This document shows, one piece after another, positions 36,925-46,795 of a DNA stretch of 64,000 bases. The stretch lies in the IMG/VR virus record IMGVR_UViG_3300025921_000002, positions 10,997-74,996 of that record. One strand, written 5' to 3'. The notes below the pieces were generated by a model that saw only the letters and a program-made list of their open reading frames with translations, had not been told where the DNA came from and did not search any database. This DNA is from a virus. How positions within the stretch are numbered: the first letter of the stretch is position 1; every line of letters starts with the position of its first letter. Made by a program: the position numbers and the translations under genes.

Positions 36925-39900
36925 ATGAGAAAATGGTTACTGCTTTTTCTGCTTTTACCTTTAAAAATATTTGCCGCAACATGGTTCGTCAGTCCGACCG
37001 GGAATGATGGCAATAGTGGCACAAGTTCCGGCTCGCCATTCCTCACGCTCGCAAGAGTTCAAACGGCCTACCATGCAGGCGATATTATAGAATTACAATG
37101 CAATGGGACTTATATAGGTACTTTAACCATAAGCGCGGCATCACAAGTAATTAAATATGGGTCGGGGACTCAACCATTAATAAGTGGCTTTGAAACATTA
37201 AGTGGATGGGCAAGCGTTGGGACTAACCTTTGGCGTGTACACGACGCTAATTTAGGCGCTACTGTTAAGGTTTTCACTATAAACGGCACTCAATACGCAC
37301 CGGGACGTTTTCCTAAAGTCGGTTATTCAATTTACACGGCCTCAACTGCCAACACTTCAATAACAGCCGCAGGATTAGCCGGGACATGGGGAGCAAACGC
37401 ACAGGTAGTTATTCGTAAGAACCATTTTAACATGACTACCTATCCTATCGTTTCGGTAGTTGGAAACGTAATAACTTATAGTGGTGGCAGTGGCGATGTC
37501 CCAACACCGGGTTCAGGCGCTTTCATTCAAAATAGCTTAAATGCTTTAAGTCAAAACGGGGACTGGTATTATGATGGCGCAGGTAATATAACCCTTTATT
37601 GGGTAGGAACACCACCAGTAAACATTCAAGCGTCAAGATACGACAGGTTAATAAATATAACAAGCGGAAGCGGCGCTATTGTAAATGGGATTAACCTGAC
37701 AGGTGCAAATGCCTATGCTATTTACGGCAACAACACTACATCGGCTCAAATAGTCAATTGTACCATTACTCAAAGTGACATTGGTGTTTATCTGAATAAC
37801 AACACCTCATCAATTATAAATGGCTGTATTTTCAACCAAATTAATGGAAATTCCATCACTTTAGCTACCTCAAACTCTAATACTATTAACAATACGACGG
37901 TAACTACTTCAGGCATGATACCGGGGATTGCTACGGAATATTCGGGTATAAGAGTAATACCAAACACAGCAAGAAACACAATCATCACCAATAGCACAGT
38001 AAGTAACACGGGTTACAATGGATATTTTGTTCAAGGGCAAGTAACCATGCAAAATGATATAGGTCACGACTGCCTGAATTTACTTGATGATGGCGCGATT
38101 TATTATTTTGACGTCGGCCAAACGGCTGTTACAATCCCCGCTTCTGTGGTTAGTAATTGCATAGGGTACAATGCAAATGGCGCACCCGTAGGAACAAACG
38201 ATGGCAAGAATGAAGCAGTTGTCTTTTACGCAGACGATAACACCAATCACTTTACGTTCTCACATTGCGTAGGTTATAATGCGGGGCAGTACATTTTTTT
38301 CAGCCATAACAATCAAAATGTGACGTGGAGTAATTGCTTAGGATATAACGCAGGCATTTCCACAATGGCTATGATACACGACAGATTAGGTGGTAAGCTA
38401 TCCAACATTACTTTAGCAAACAACCAATTTATAAACACCATAGGGCAAATCCTGATACTGCGCTCAATTTGGACAGACTCAACTCCGGCAGACTTAACCA
38501 ATTGGGGCGTTGCAACGAATAATGCGTACGGCAACAACGTAACCGTAGCCAACCCCTTTCAAACCCAACTATACAGCCAACCCGTACAAAACTTAACGTT
38601 CGCAGGTTGGAAAACAGCCACAGGGCAAGACGGTTCAAGTTCGTACCAAACTATTCCAAGCCCCTCGGCTTTGTACCCTAATCCCACAAGCACAAGTACC
38701 ACTACTACTCTTTCAGCAGTTTATAAAGACCTATTAGGTAACTCTTATAGTGGGGTGACAAGTATAGCCGCGTATAGTGCTTTGTATTTGTACTATTTTG
38801 GGGCTATCCCGCCCGTTGCACCTTCAATTTCGTATAGCCCAAATAATTATACGTTTTACGTTAATGACCCCATACCAAGCCCTATTACCCCGGTTAACGT
38901 TGGCGGAGCAATGACAAGTGCAGCGATTAACACTCCACAACCATCGGGCATTTTATTTAACACCACAACCGCAGTTTTTACAGGAACGCCACTTGCTTTA
39001 AGCCCCTCACATACTTATACCGTGAACGGAATTAACGCCGGAGGTTCAAGTTCAACACCAATCACGTTTGCTATTATCGACCACCCTCCAGTAGTATCTT
39101 ACAATAATAGCCCCCAAACAGCTACTATTAACGTTGCTATGACTCCGATGAGTCCTACACTTGTGAGTGGTGGGGCGGTTACAAATTATACTTCGGCTAC
39201 GGCACTTCCGGCAGGCGTTACTATAAATTCAGTTTCCGGTGTTATCAGTGGGGTGCCTACGGTTTTGATACCCCTGACCACATTCAATATAAATTGCTCG
39301 AACTCGGGGGGTGTGTATGTAGTTCCCATTCAACTCGGTGTTACCAATCCTGCCCCCGCTTTGCCTCACGTGACTTATAGTCCATCCACTGTTGTATTGC
39401 CTATTAATATTTCAATGGTACCATTAGTGCCAACATCGACTGGTGGCGTAGTGGCAAGCTATTCAGCCGCTTCATTACCTGTGGGCGTTTCGCTGAATAC
39501 AAGTACCGGAGTTGTCAGCGGTACCCCTACTACTTTAACTTCGCCAACCGTATACCCAATCATTGCCCATAATGTAACAGGTGATTATACAACTAACATA
39601 ACTTTGTCGGTAATCAACACGACCCCCAACCCTCCTGTGCCATCATATAACCCAGCTACGGTAGTTTTTCAGTTAGGACATATAATTACACCAATGGTTC
39701 CTTTCAATAGTTCTGACCCCGCTACAAGTTGGTCTATTGCGCCTGCTGTGAGTGCCGGATTATCCTTTAGTTTAACTACAGGAATTTTAACAGGAACCCC
39801 AAGTGCTTTATCACCTGTTACTTCTTATACGGTTCGGGCAGATAACACAGGCGGCCACAATAATACGACCATCACTTTATCAGTAGTCAATCCACCTCCT

Positions 39901-39957
39901 ACGCCAGTTATACGTGTACGCACCTCGAAGCATCCAATATTTATCAATAGGCATTAA
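36925..39957 (+). CDS. signal-peptide-bearing right-handed beta-helix protein with about four He_PIG (putative Ig) repeats
   Basis: MRKWLLLFLLLPLKIFA|ATWFVSPTGNDGNSGTS; Asn-ladder beta-helix repeats; LPAGVTINSVSGVISGVPT-type repeats. Confidence 0.8.
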   Translation: MRKWLLLFLLLPLKIFAATWFVSPTGNDGNSGTSSGSPFLTLARVQTAYHAGDIIELQCNGTYIGTLTISAASQVIKYGSGTQPLISGFETLSGWASVGTNLWRVHDANLGATVKVFTINGTQYAPGRFPKVGYSIYTASTANTSITAAGLAGTWGANAQVVIRKNHFNMTTYPIVSVVGNVITYSGGSGDVPTPGSGAFIQNSLNALSQNGDWYYDGAGNITLYWVGTPPVNIQASRYDRLINITSGSGAIVNGINLTGANAYAIYGNNTTSAQIVNCTITQSDIGVYLNNNTSSIINGCIFNQINGNSITLATSNSNTINNTTVTTSGMIPGIATEYSGIRVIPNTARNTIITNSTVSNTGYNGYFVQGQVTMQNDIGHDCLNLLDDGAIYYFDVGQTAVTIPASVVSNCIGYNANGAPVGTNDGKNEAVVFYADDNTNHFTFSHCVGYNAGQYIFFSHNNQNVTWSNCLGYNAGISTMAMIHDRLGGKLSNITLANNQFINTIGQILILRSIWTDSTPADLTNWGVATNNAYGNNVTVANPFQTQLYSQPVQNLTFAGWKTATGQDGSSSYQTIPSPSALYPNPTSTSTTTTLSAVYKDLLGNSYSGVTSIAAYSALYLYYFGAIPPVAPSISYSPNNYTFYVNDPIPSPITPVNVGGAMTSAAINTPQPSGILFNTTTAVFTGTPLALSPSHTYTVNGINAGGSSSTPITFAIIDHPPVVSYNNSPQTATINVAMTPMSPTLVSGGAVTNYTSATALPAGVTINSVSGVISGVPTVLIPLTTFNINCSNSGGVYVVPIQLGVTNPAPALPHVTYSPSTVVLPINISMVPLVPTSTGGVVASYSAASLPVGVSLNTSTGVVSGTPTTLTSPTVYPIIAHNVTGDYTTNITLSVINTTPNPPVPSYNPATVVFQLGHIITPMVPFNSSDPATSWSIAPAVSAGLSFSLTTGILTGTPSALSPVTSYTVRADNTGGHNNTTITLSVVNPPPTPVIRVRTSKHPIFINRH

Positions 39958-39968
39958 TAATTAAAAAG

Positions 39969-40106
39969 TCATACCCATTTTACTAATCTCACGCTATCAG
40001 GACACTTGCTTTCGATTTTCTTGCACTTAGTACAGATATACAAAGGTCTATTCCCTGCTGTTTTAATCCAAGAATGACCTAATAATTTACAAGTCCAGTT
40101 CTTCAT
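39969..40106 (-). CDS. small Zn-binding protein (DUF1660-like)
   Basis: translated by hand: MKNWTCKLLGHSW...CTKC. Confidence 0.55.
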   Translation of the reverse strand: MKNWTCKLLGHSWIKTAGNRPLYICTKCKKIESKCPDSVRLVKWV

Positions 40107-40112
40107 GGTGGT

Positions 40113-40385
40113 TTATTTTGTTACTACTTTTACCATAGCCCCGCCTGCATCAATGGTTTCGGCTAATTTGTTGTCTTTATATAGCAGGTAGGTATTGCCG
40201 TTTTTTACGTATTTATCGCAGTAGTGGATGTAGCCTATGATGCCCATATAAAACGTCAACTCATATTTTCTATCCTTATTATTAATAACTTTTGACTGAT
40301 TGCAGGAGTTTAAACATAGTGCAAAATAATAATAACTGCGACTGCACACGTTGCCCATAATTGCCAAACTTTTGTAAACGGGCAA
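40113..40385 (-). CDS. hypothetical protein (possible lipoprotein)
   Basis: ORF; ALCLNSC lipobox-like segment; start uncertain. Confidence 0.4.
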   Translation of the reverse strand: MPVYKSLAIMGNVCSRSYYYFALCLNSCNQSKVINNKDRKYELTFYMGIIGYIHYCDKYVKNGNTYLLYKDNKLAETIDAGGAMVKVVTK

Positions 40386-40441
40386 CCGACCATTAGCAAA
40401 TAACCTTCTTCTTCTATCATTTTGTTTCTACTGATTTAACT

Positions 40442-40777
40442 TTAAATGATTCCATTTCGTCTAACAATTCCGCATAGTTTGTTAACTTCATCGTTTTGGT
40501 TAACCGAATGAGATTTATCAAATTCAGATTCATACAAACCGGGAATATCATAGGTGACGAATTTATTCAAATCCATTTTTAGCCACGAACATATTTTAAA
40601 TAAGGTATCAACCTCGAATGTTTTTTTGGACAGTACCCGCGATAATGTAGGGGTTGATATGCCGATTTCCTTAGAGAAAAACCTAAGCCCTAATTTCTTA
40701 TTATTAGCGTAGTTAGCTAAAAACATCTTATCATTAATGGACTTAATGAAAAACCACTGATTAAATTTCATAATCAA
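40442..40777 (-). CDS. XRE-family HTH protein
   Basis: GLRFFSKEIGISTPTLSRVL...DTLFKICSWL. Confidence 0.75.
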   Translation of the reverse strand: MIMKFNQWFFIKSINDKMFLANYANNKKLGLRFFSKEIGISTPTLSRVLSKKTFEVDTLFKICSWLKMDLNKFVTYDIPGLYESEFDKSHSVNQNDEVNKLCGIVRRNGII

Positions 40778-40851
40778 AGATACAGTTATCCAATATCAAT
40801 TGCAACTTTTTTATTAAATAAATATTTTTAACTTTACGCAACAATTCAGCT

Positions 40852-43800
40852 ATGCGTAAATACTTATTACTGCTTCTGTTCCTTTTCCCCCTAATCTGTT
40901 TTGCGCAAGCAATCACACAGCAGGTAAAATCTCCAGCATCAGGTAGTTCAGCGGGTAATTCCTTTTTCCAATGGTACTCCGGCAACTACACTGGCTATCT
41001 TGGTGTTCCTTTCGGTACTAATGCAGTAACCAACAGGGCAACTGACATGAACGGTCTGATATATGTTCAGCTTGCCGACAGTACATTGCAATTCCGCTAC
41101 AATGGCACATGGATACCCATTGGAAGCGGTGGAGGTGCTACAAGTGCTATCTACTTTTCGACCCAATTTGCGGGGTTAGGCACAATAGTTTCGCCCATCA
41201 TTCCGAATGCAGACTCAATATTATTAGCGAACCAAATTACCAAACAGAATGTTTATAGTTATTTCAGAAAAGTAAGAACAGATACCGCCTTTTTTGGTCA
41301 GACAAGCCCCTCCTTAATCACAGGTGGACTACAGGCCGGAGTACTATCCTTACCCACCGCTACAAGCGGAACTAAAGGCGGATTAGGTGTACAGCTACTC
41401 GCTCAACCCACAGGCAACACCTCAATAGGCTACAACTCTATTATTTCAAGCGTTGAAACAGACACTTTAGAGGGCAGAAACTTTACCAACTATATGAATG
41501 CGTTCACTGGCGCAGTCAAGCACAGAGGTACAGGAATAGTAACTAACGCGAGTGATTTTGTAGCCCAAAGCCCCTACATTTCAAGCGGCGGAACAATAGC
41601 TAACCAGTCAGGTATCGTTATACAGCCTCAAAAAATAACAGGGGTAACTAACGGGTATAGTATTTTACAATTAGGTACAACCGATAAGAACATCTTTAAC
41701 GGGCCGATACACGCCTTTAACGTCCCCGTAGATTCATCCCCTGACACAGTTTTAACCCTTGTAAACGGTAAGATTTCAAGAGCAGCTTATATAGGTGGTA
41801 CAAGCGGTAATGCTATCATTTCAGGGCTTGCCATGAGCTTATTCATCAATGGAAGCGGGGATACCTCTATAGTTGTCAGCCCCGGAACATGGCGAATTAA
41901 CAACACCATCTATTCTAAAGCTACTTCATCTTTTTTCCCTATTTTACCAAGACCGATAGCAGGTGAGTTCTTTTACGAAACAGCCTACGCCACTACTTCT
42001 AATACGATTTCTATCATAGCCGGAACATCAAGCCCCACACCAATAGAACCTGCTATACCTGCTAATACCGTTAGGGTAGGTTCGGCTTTAGTGAGCAATA
42101 CGGGGATAGTGATAACTCCGACTACGCAAAGTACAATATACAACAATAACGACAGTTTAACAAGCAATAGAACGGTTTTTTTTAGCAATCATTATTTACA
42201 AATGGGCGATACGCTAAATAATAAAGCTCTATTTATAATCCAACCTATTGGAAATTCAATAGCTATGCTGGATTATAATTTAACCTCCGCAGAAAATGGA
42301 CAAATTGGTATTAGTCAAAATGCATCATCTATTGTTTATCAAGACACTTTGGGCAATAATAGCCAAGCAATAACTACAACGTCATTCTCATCGATAGCGT
42401 CTCAATCTCTGGGGCAGGAATTTTCACTTTCATTAAATGGCGGCGTATCGGTTTCCCATGATGCTATCTTTGCTGATAGCTATAATTTTAGAGGCATTGA
42501 ATATGACCATGCCACCCACTACACTCCTAACGACTATACCCTGTTAAGCAAATACATGGCTGATAGCCTTTATTCAGGTGGTGTTAACATTTACAATTCA
42601 GACGGTACGTTAACCGGGGCAAGAACAGTTTCCGGTGGTGGTAATACCCTTCAATTTAGTTTACCAATAGAAGATTTTTCAGGAACAGAAACTTCAAGTC
42701 TAAATCTTAATGGCACATCCACAAGCTTAATAGCCAGTTATGGTACAGGGGACACTTATAATTTATCCTCAACTATATCGGGAACAAATACCTCATTAGT
42801 TATAAATAGGATAAATTCAGCAAATGTAACTGGCTTTGAAATAAATAACACAGGTACAGGGATTATTGTTAAAGACGAGATAGGGGCTATAGGCCTTGTA
42901 GCTAACACTTCGATTGATACCGCCAATATGACATCCAATCCTAAAGCATACGTTACGAGTGAGTGGGTGGCGGGACGTAGTGTGGGTGCTTTCCTTCCCC
43001 TAACTTTCCCAACAGATCAGCACATAGACGGGGCACATCATTCACTGGTTTTTGAAACATTTACATCCGATAACGTAAATGAAGGAGTTTTAGCCATTGA
43101 TTCAAGTGGATTTTATTTAGGGGCTTATACCTCCGGTAATCAGGTCATTAGAACAGGCCATTATACCGCTACAGGGAGCGGTTTAGATGTTGTTAATGAT
43201 TTAGGCACCGGATTTAAATATAGCAATGCCGCTGACTATGCGACTATAGGTACGACTGATACATTAGGCATGGCCCCTGTTGGATGGGTTCAGCGATACG
43301 TGGCAGCGCATGCAGGAACTGGAACTGTAACCTCTGTATCCGGAACAACCAATAGAATAACCTCTACAGGCGGAGCAACCCCTGTAATTGATATATCTTC
43401 AACATTTGAGGCTCTTTTAGGTAAGGTTGCAAATCCCTTATCTCAATTCGCCTCAACCACATCTGCTCAATTGGCGGGGGTGTTGAGTGATGAAAGCGGA
43501 ACCGGGGTAGTGGCTTATACCACCAATCCGGTATTTACAACACCGAATTTAGGGACGCCATCGGCTGTTACTTTAACTAATGGGATGGGGCTGCCTGCTA
43601 CCGGGCTGACAGGGACGCTTCAAGTTGCTCAATTCCCGGCGCTAACCGGAGATGTTACAACGTCAGCTGGCTCGCTGGCAACAGCTATCGGCGCAGGGAA
43701 AGTAACCAACACGATGCTTGCCGGGAGTATATCCGCTTCAAAATTGGTTGGGACGGATATAACAACGGTCGGCACATTAGCGGCTGGTTCGATACCCTAT

Positions 43801-44655
43801 TCGCTATTGACCGGAACGCCAACAATACCTACCGGAGCCAATCCAACAGCAAGCGCAGGTTTATCGGCGGTAAATGGTTTAGCGGCTACATTTATGCGCA
43901 GCGATGGGGCGCCCGCTATAGATCAAAGCATATCCCCCACATGGACAGGGTTTCATACATGGAGTAAATCCAATATCGGAACGGGAGTTGGAACAGCCTT
44001 AGCTAACGTACTCGGGCTATGGAAAAATCCGACAGCCGCATTGGTCGGAGCAGTTCAAAATTCGCCTTTTAGCGGGTGGGAGGCCCAAGATTGGAATACA
44101 TCTGCCGGAGGTTCATCGCAGGCGGTCGATATTTTGGTGCGCGCAGAAGCTGTGCAGGGAACAAACGCAAGTGCCGATCTGGCATTCTATTTAGCCGTTA
44201 ATGGTGGTAATCCCGCTGCTACTGGCGTTAAGATTGGTGGAACGGGGAGAATCACTGCTCCTGCCTATACGATCAGTAACGCACCATCAACATCTGCATC
44301 TACGTATGATATTTTAACACGCAATACCTCTACTGGAGTGCAAGAGAAAATAACGTCAGCCACACTTTTACCCGCAGCTTCGGTTTCATCCGCCGGAACT
44401 CTAACGCTGGCTCATGGCATTGATTATGTATTTACAGGCACCACAGCAACCTATACATTGCCTGCCATATCGGCAACAACCACTGGCAGGGCATACCAGA
44501 TAACAATAAAAAACAGAGGCAGTGGTTTGTTGACGGTTAACTCGGCAGCGGGTGGTAATGATATTTATACGACATCAGCCGTATCTACTTTTACTATATC
44601 AGCAGGTAGTTCTGCTACGCTAATGCCGGATGGCACATATTTTAACCTTGAGTGA
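40852..44655 (+). CDS. signal-peptide-bearing tail-fibre-like protein, 1267 aa
   Basis: MRKYLLLLLFLFPLICFA|Q; fibre motifs GTVTSVSGTTNRITSTGG, LSQFASTTSAQLAGVLSDE, LTGDVT..IGAGKVTNTMLA; C-terminal YTLP..G..ITIKN domain. Confidence 0.8.
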   Translation: MRKYLLLLLFLFPLICFAQAITQQVKSPASGSSAGNSFFQWYSGNYTGYLGVPFGTNAVTNRATDMNGLIYVQLADSTLQFRYNGTWIPIGSGGGATSAIYFSTQFAGLGTIVSPIIPNADSILLANQITKQNVYSYFRKVRTDTAFFGQTSPSLITGGLQAGVLSLPTATSGTKGGLGVQLLAQPTGNTSIGYNSIISSVETDTLEGRNFTNYMNAFTGAVKHRGTGIVTNASDFVAQSPYISSGGTIANQSGIVIQPQKITGVTNGYSILQLGTTDKNIFNGPIHAFNVPVDSSPDTVLTLVNGKISRAAYIGGTSGNAIISGLAMSLFINGSGDTSIVVSPGTWRINNTIYSKATSSFFPILPRPIAGEFFYETAYATTSNTISIIAGTSSPTPIEPAIPANTVRVGSALVSNTGIVITPTTQSTIYNNNDSLTSNRTVFFSNHYLQMGDTLNNKALFIIQPIGNSIAMLDYNLTSAENGQIGISQNASSIVYQDTLGNNSQAITTTSFSSIASQSLGQEFSLSLNGGVSVSHDAIFADSYNFRGIEYDHATHYTPNDYTLLSKYMADSLYSGGVNIYNSDGTLTGARTVSGGGNTLQFSLPIEDFSGTETSSLNLNGTSTSLIASYGTGDTYNLSSTISGTNTSLVINRINSANVTGFEINNTGTGIIVKDEIGAIGLVANTSIDTANMTSNPKAYVTSEWVAGRSVGAFLPLTFPTDQHIDGAHHSLVFETFTSDNVNEGVLAIDSSGFYLGAYTSGNQVIRTGHYTATGSGLDVVNDLGTGFKYSNAADYATIGTTDTLGMAPVGWVQRYVAAHAGTGTVTSVSGTTNRITSTGGATPVIDISSTFEALLGKVANPLSQFASTTSAQLAGVLSDESGTGVVAYTTNPVFTTPNLGTPSAVTLTNGMGLPATGLTGTLQVAQFPALTGDVTTSAGSLATAIGAGKVTNTMLAGSISASKLVGTDITTVGTLAAGSIPYSLLTGTPTIPTGANPTASAGLSAVNGLAATFMRSDGAPAIDQSISPTWTGFHTWSKSNIGTGVGTALANVLGLWKNPTAALVGAVQNSPFSGWEAQDWNTSAGGSSQAVDILVRAEAVQGTNASADLAFYLAVNGGNPAATGVKIGGTGRITAPAYTISNAPSTSASTYDILTRNTSTGVQEKITSATLLPAASVSSAGTLTLAHGIDYVFTGTTATYTLPAISATTTGRAYQITIKNRGSGLLTVNSAAGGNDIYTTSAVSTFTISAGSSATLMPDGTYFNLE

Positions 44656-44696
44656 GACACGCCTTTTCAAAATTATAGTTATTATATTTACAAGAC

Positions 44697-45146
44697 ATGC
44701 AACCGACCGAACAGGAACTTAAAACAGTCAGGATAACCGCAAGATTATTTTTCTCGGTTAGCGTTATATTTGCTGTCTGCCTTGCATTTGTTTTCGCCAA
44801 GTCAGCAGAATATAATCCAGCCGTAAAATACTTTACGTCGGCGGGGGCTATCAACCAGCCTGTACGGGTTTGGGATGGCATTATAACAGTCACAACTGGC
44901 ACGGCGCAATCGGTTGATATATCAAGTGCCGGATTTACCTCTATCAATTCTGTAGTTGTTACACCAGCTAATAACACAGCATCAACAACATCGATGCCAA
45001 TAGTTTCAATAAAATCGTACACGGCTACCTCGGTCGTTTTTAATACTTTGGTTAGCAACACTGCCGGAATCGGTATTTTGGTAGGGCTTATTGTCCCATC
45101 ATCAACCACTGGAATGCAGGTTCATGTGCACGTAGACGGATGGTAA
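44697..45146 (+). CDS. signal-anchored small beta-domain protein
   Basis: hydrophobic helix (LFFSVSVIFAVCLAFVFA) followed by an S/T/V-rich beta domain. Confidence 0.6.
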   Translation: MQPTEQELKTVRITARLFFSVSVIFAVCLAFVFAKSAEYNPAVKYFTSAGAINQPVRVWDGIITVTTGTAQSVDISSAGFTSINSVVVTPANNTASTTSMPIVSIKSYTATSVVFNTLVSNTAGIGILVGLIVPSSTTGMQVHVHVDGW

Positions 45147-45164
45147 ATTTAAACTCAACACGAT

Positions 45165-45389
45165 ATGGAAACAGCAATTGATTACCTTAAAAGAATATAT
45201 GACGAACAGCCTGACTTATTTGATGCTTTGGCCATAGCTACTATTAAACGTCATATAGGCATTGAGCCCCTAACAGGCGGATGCAATCCCGACAACTGCC
45301 ACGGTACGGTTGGATGCAGCAAATCAACATCACATGGCGCCTGCTCATGTGTCGGAAATGTATGTACATGGGTTCCTGATTTGGGATGA
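45165..45389 (+). CDS. small protein with six-Cys C-terminal peptide after a GG motif
   Basis: ...IEPLTGG-CNPDNCHGTVGCSKSTSHGACSCVGNVCTWVPDLG. Confidence 0.65.
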   Translation: METAIDYLKRIYDEQPDLFDALAIATIKRHIGIEPLTGGCNPDNCHGTVGCSKSTSHGACSCVGNVCTWVPDLG

Positions 45390-45766
45390 AAGCCATTGTA
45401 TTTATAACATGCTGGACTATTTATCTTTTCGGGTTTGGTTTCTATATTTTTGCCGAAGTTTTTACAGATTGGCCTGTTTTTCAGGTTAGGTGCATTTTAT
45501 GGTGTTCTTTAATGGAACTTTTTATCGCTATGGCTGTTTTAGAGAACATACCGAATAGATGGTTAGCCGATACATTTTTATATAAACAGTTTATTCTTAT
45601 TGCGTGGTTTACTTTAATTGTTACAGCAGGATTTGTCATGCTGAACGGGAATGGATTAGTACAAAATCCCTACTTGAATTTAGGGTGTTTTTACTGCGCG
45701 AATTTGTTATTTAGTTTCATTATCTTAAGCACCGGAATTAAAAATGGAATTTTCAAAGAGCATTAG
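45386..45766 (+). CDS. four-TM membrane protein
   Basis: four hydrophobic segments; ATGA-coupled to the Cys-rich gene. Confidence 0.65.
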   Translation: MKAIVFITCWTIYLFGFGFYIFAEVFTDWPVFQVRCILWCSLMELFIAMAVLENIPNRWLADTFLYKQFILIAWFTLIVTAGFVMLNGNGLVQNPYLNLGCFYCANLLFSFIILSTGIKNGIFKEH

Positions 45767-45767
45767 A

Positions 45768-46097
45768 ATGACACAACCCCAAACTTATAATCTCGACTGG
45801 ATGGCCTTAGGGGAATGGGCAATATCAGTAGTCGGCATATTAATCGCTTTTTTCGGGTTTACAAACAAGTGGTTTAAAGATAGGGTTGATGCCCGTGAAA
45901 AATACGCACAACAGCAAAAGCAGGAAAAGCAAGATTTTATTGAAAAGGTAGTTATTGCTACCGTATCTGCAACGCTTAACAGTACCCTCGGTGGCATAAA
46001 AGAAGATATTGCGACCCTATTTAAATATCGTGAAGATGACAGAACCCATAGTGACGGTCAATTCAGGGAATTGATGAAAGAGATAAGAAAGCCGTAA
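45768..46097 (+). CDS. holin-like single-TM coiled-coil protein
   Basis: TM WAISVVGILIAFFGF followed by coiled coil; start probably MTQPQ. Confidence 0.5.
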   Translation: MTQPQTYNLDWMALGEWAISVVGILIAFFGFTNKWFKDRVDAREKYAQQQKQEKQDFIEKVVIATVSATLNSTLGGIKEDIATLFKYREDDRTHSDGQFRELMKEIRKP

Positions 46098-46106
46098 CTT
46101 TGCCGA

Positions 46107-46418
46107 ATGCTTGAAATATTCAAAGAATATGGTTTACCATTAGGGATATTAATTGTACTTGCCTATTGGTATGCTAAAAAAGATAAACAGCACCGCGAGG
46201 AACGTGAAATTTTGGAACGTACCCGAAAGGAAGAACGCGAAACCTTAGAAAAACTTCACCGCGATGAACGGGAAAGTGTGGAGCGGTCACACAAAGAAGA
46301 ACGAGATACTCTTCGTAAGACCGTAGAGGGCATCGCAGATAATTCAAACAAAGCGTTTAACAACTCCACCCAAGCCTTAACAGAGTTATCTACTCTTGTT
46401 AAATCTATGAAGAAATGA
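46107..46418 (+). CDS. holin-like protein (BhlA-like architecture) with 11-aa repeats
   Basis: YGLPLGILIVLAYWY TM; four (H/R)xxER repeats at 11-aa spacing. Confidence 0.5.
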   Translation: MLEIFKEYGLPLGILIVLAYWYAKKDKQHREEREILERTRKEERETLEKLHRDERESVERSHKEERDTLRKTVEGIADNSNKAFNNSTQALTELSTLVKSMKK

Positions 46419-46589
46419 CTACTTAAGTAAGGTCTTAACCCAATCCCTGAATAGTTGGTTAAAAGAACGCCCAAAGATGGCACGTATTGCTTCTTTATCC
46501 TTTTCAGGTATCAGAACTTCCATAGGTACGTAATCTGTTTTTTTACGGCCTGAATTAGGTCTTGCTCCACCTCTGCTTTTAGTAGTCAA
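46419..46589 (-). CDS. small DNA-binding protein (GGARPNSGRK plus ribbon-helix-helix-like)
   Basis: translated by hand from TTG: MTTKSRGGARPNSGRKKTDYVPMEVLIPEKDKEAIRAIFGRSFNQLFRDWVKTLLK. Confidence 0.6.
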   Translation of the reverse strand: MTTKSRGGARPNSGRKKTDYVPMEVLIPEKDKEAIRAIFGRSFNQLFRDWVKTLLK

Positions 46590-46795
46590 TGTTTTTTATT
46601 CTTAATATCTCTTATTACAAATGTGTCGGTATTGTCTTTTATATTTTCACCCTGAATTTTAAACATCTTAATCTCTTTGCCATGAGCAAAAATACTATCA
46701 CTGACGATACCATATAGAGACTCATCTGAAATATCAAAACCAGTCCCTTCCAATGCCTGCTTGTCAATGTTAAATTTCTTTTTCATAAAGAGCAT
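46586..46795 (-). CDS. hypothetical protein
   Basis: ORF in minus-strand island. Confidence 0.55.
   Translation of the reverse strand: MLFMKKKFNIDKQALEGTGFDISDESLYGIVSDSIFAHGKEIKMFKIQGENIKDNTDTFVIRDIKNKKH

Noticed and set aside
4185-44642. Many minus-strand ORFs of 60-113 aa opposite long structural or enzyme genes (e.g. 11457, 16400, 18517, 32152, 34029)
   Set aside because: S/L/F-rich antisense shadows without start context or motifs, unlike the same-strand nested ORFs I retained
40852-44655. Diversity-generating retroelement target
   Set aside because: No reverse transcriptase and no template/variable repeat pair seen in the window
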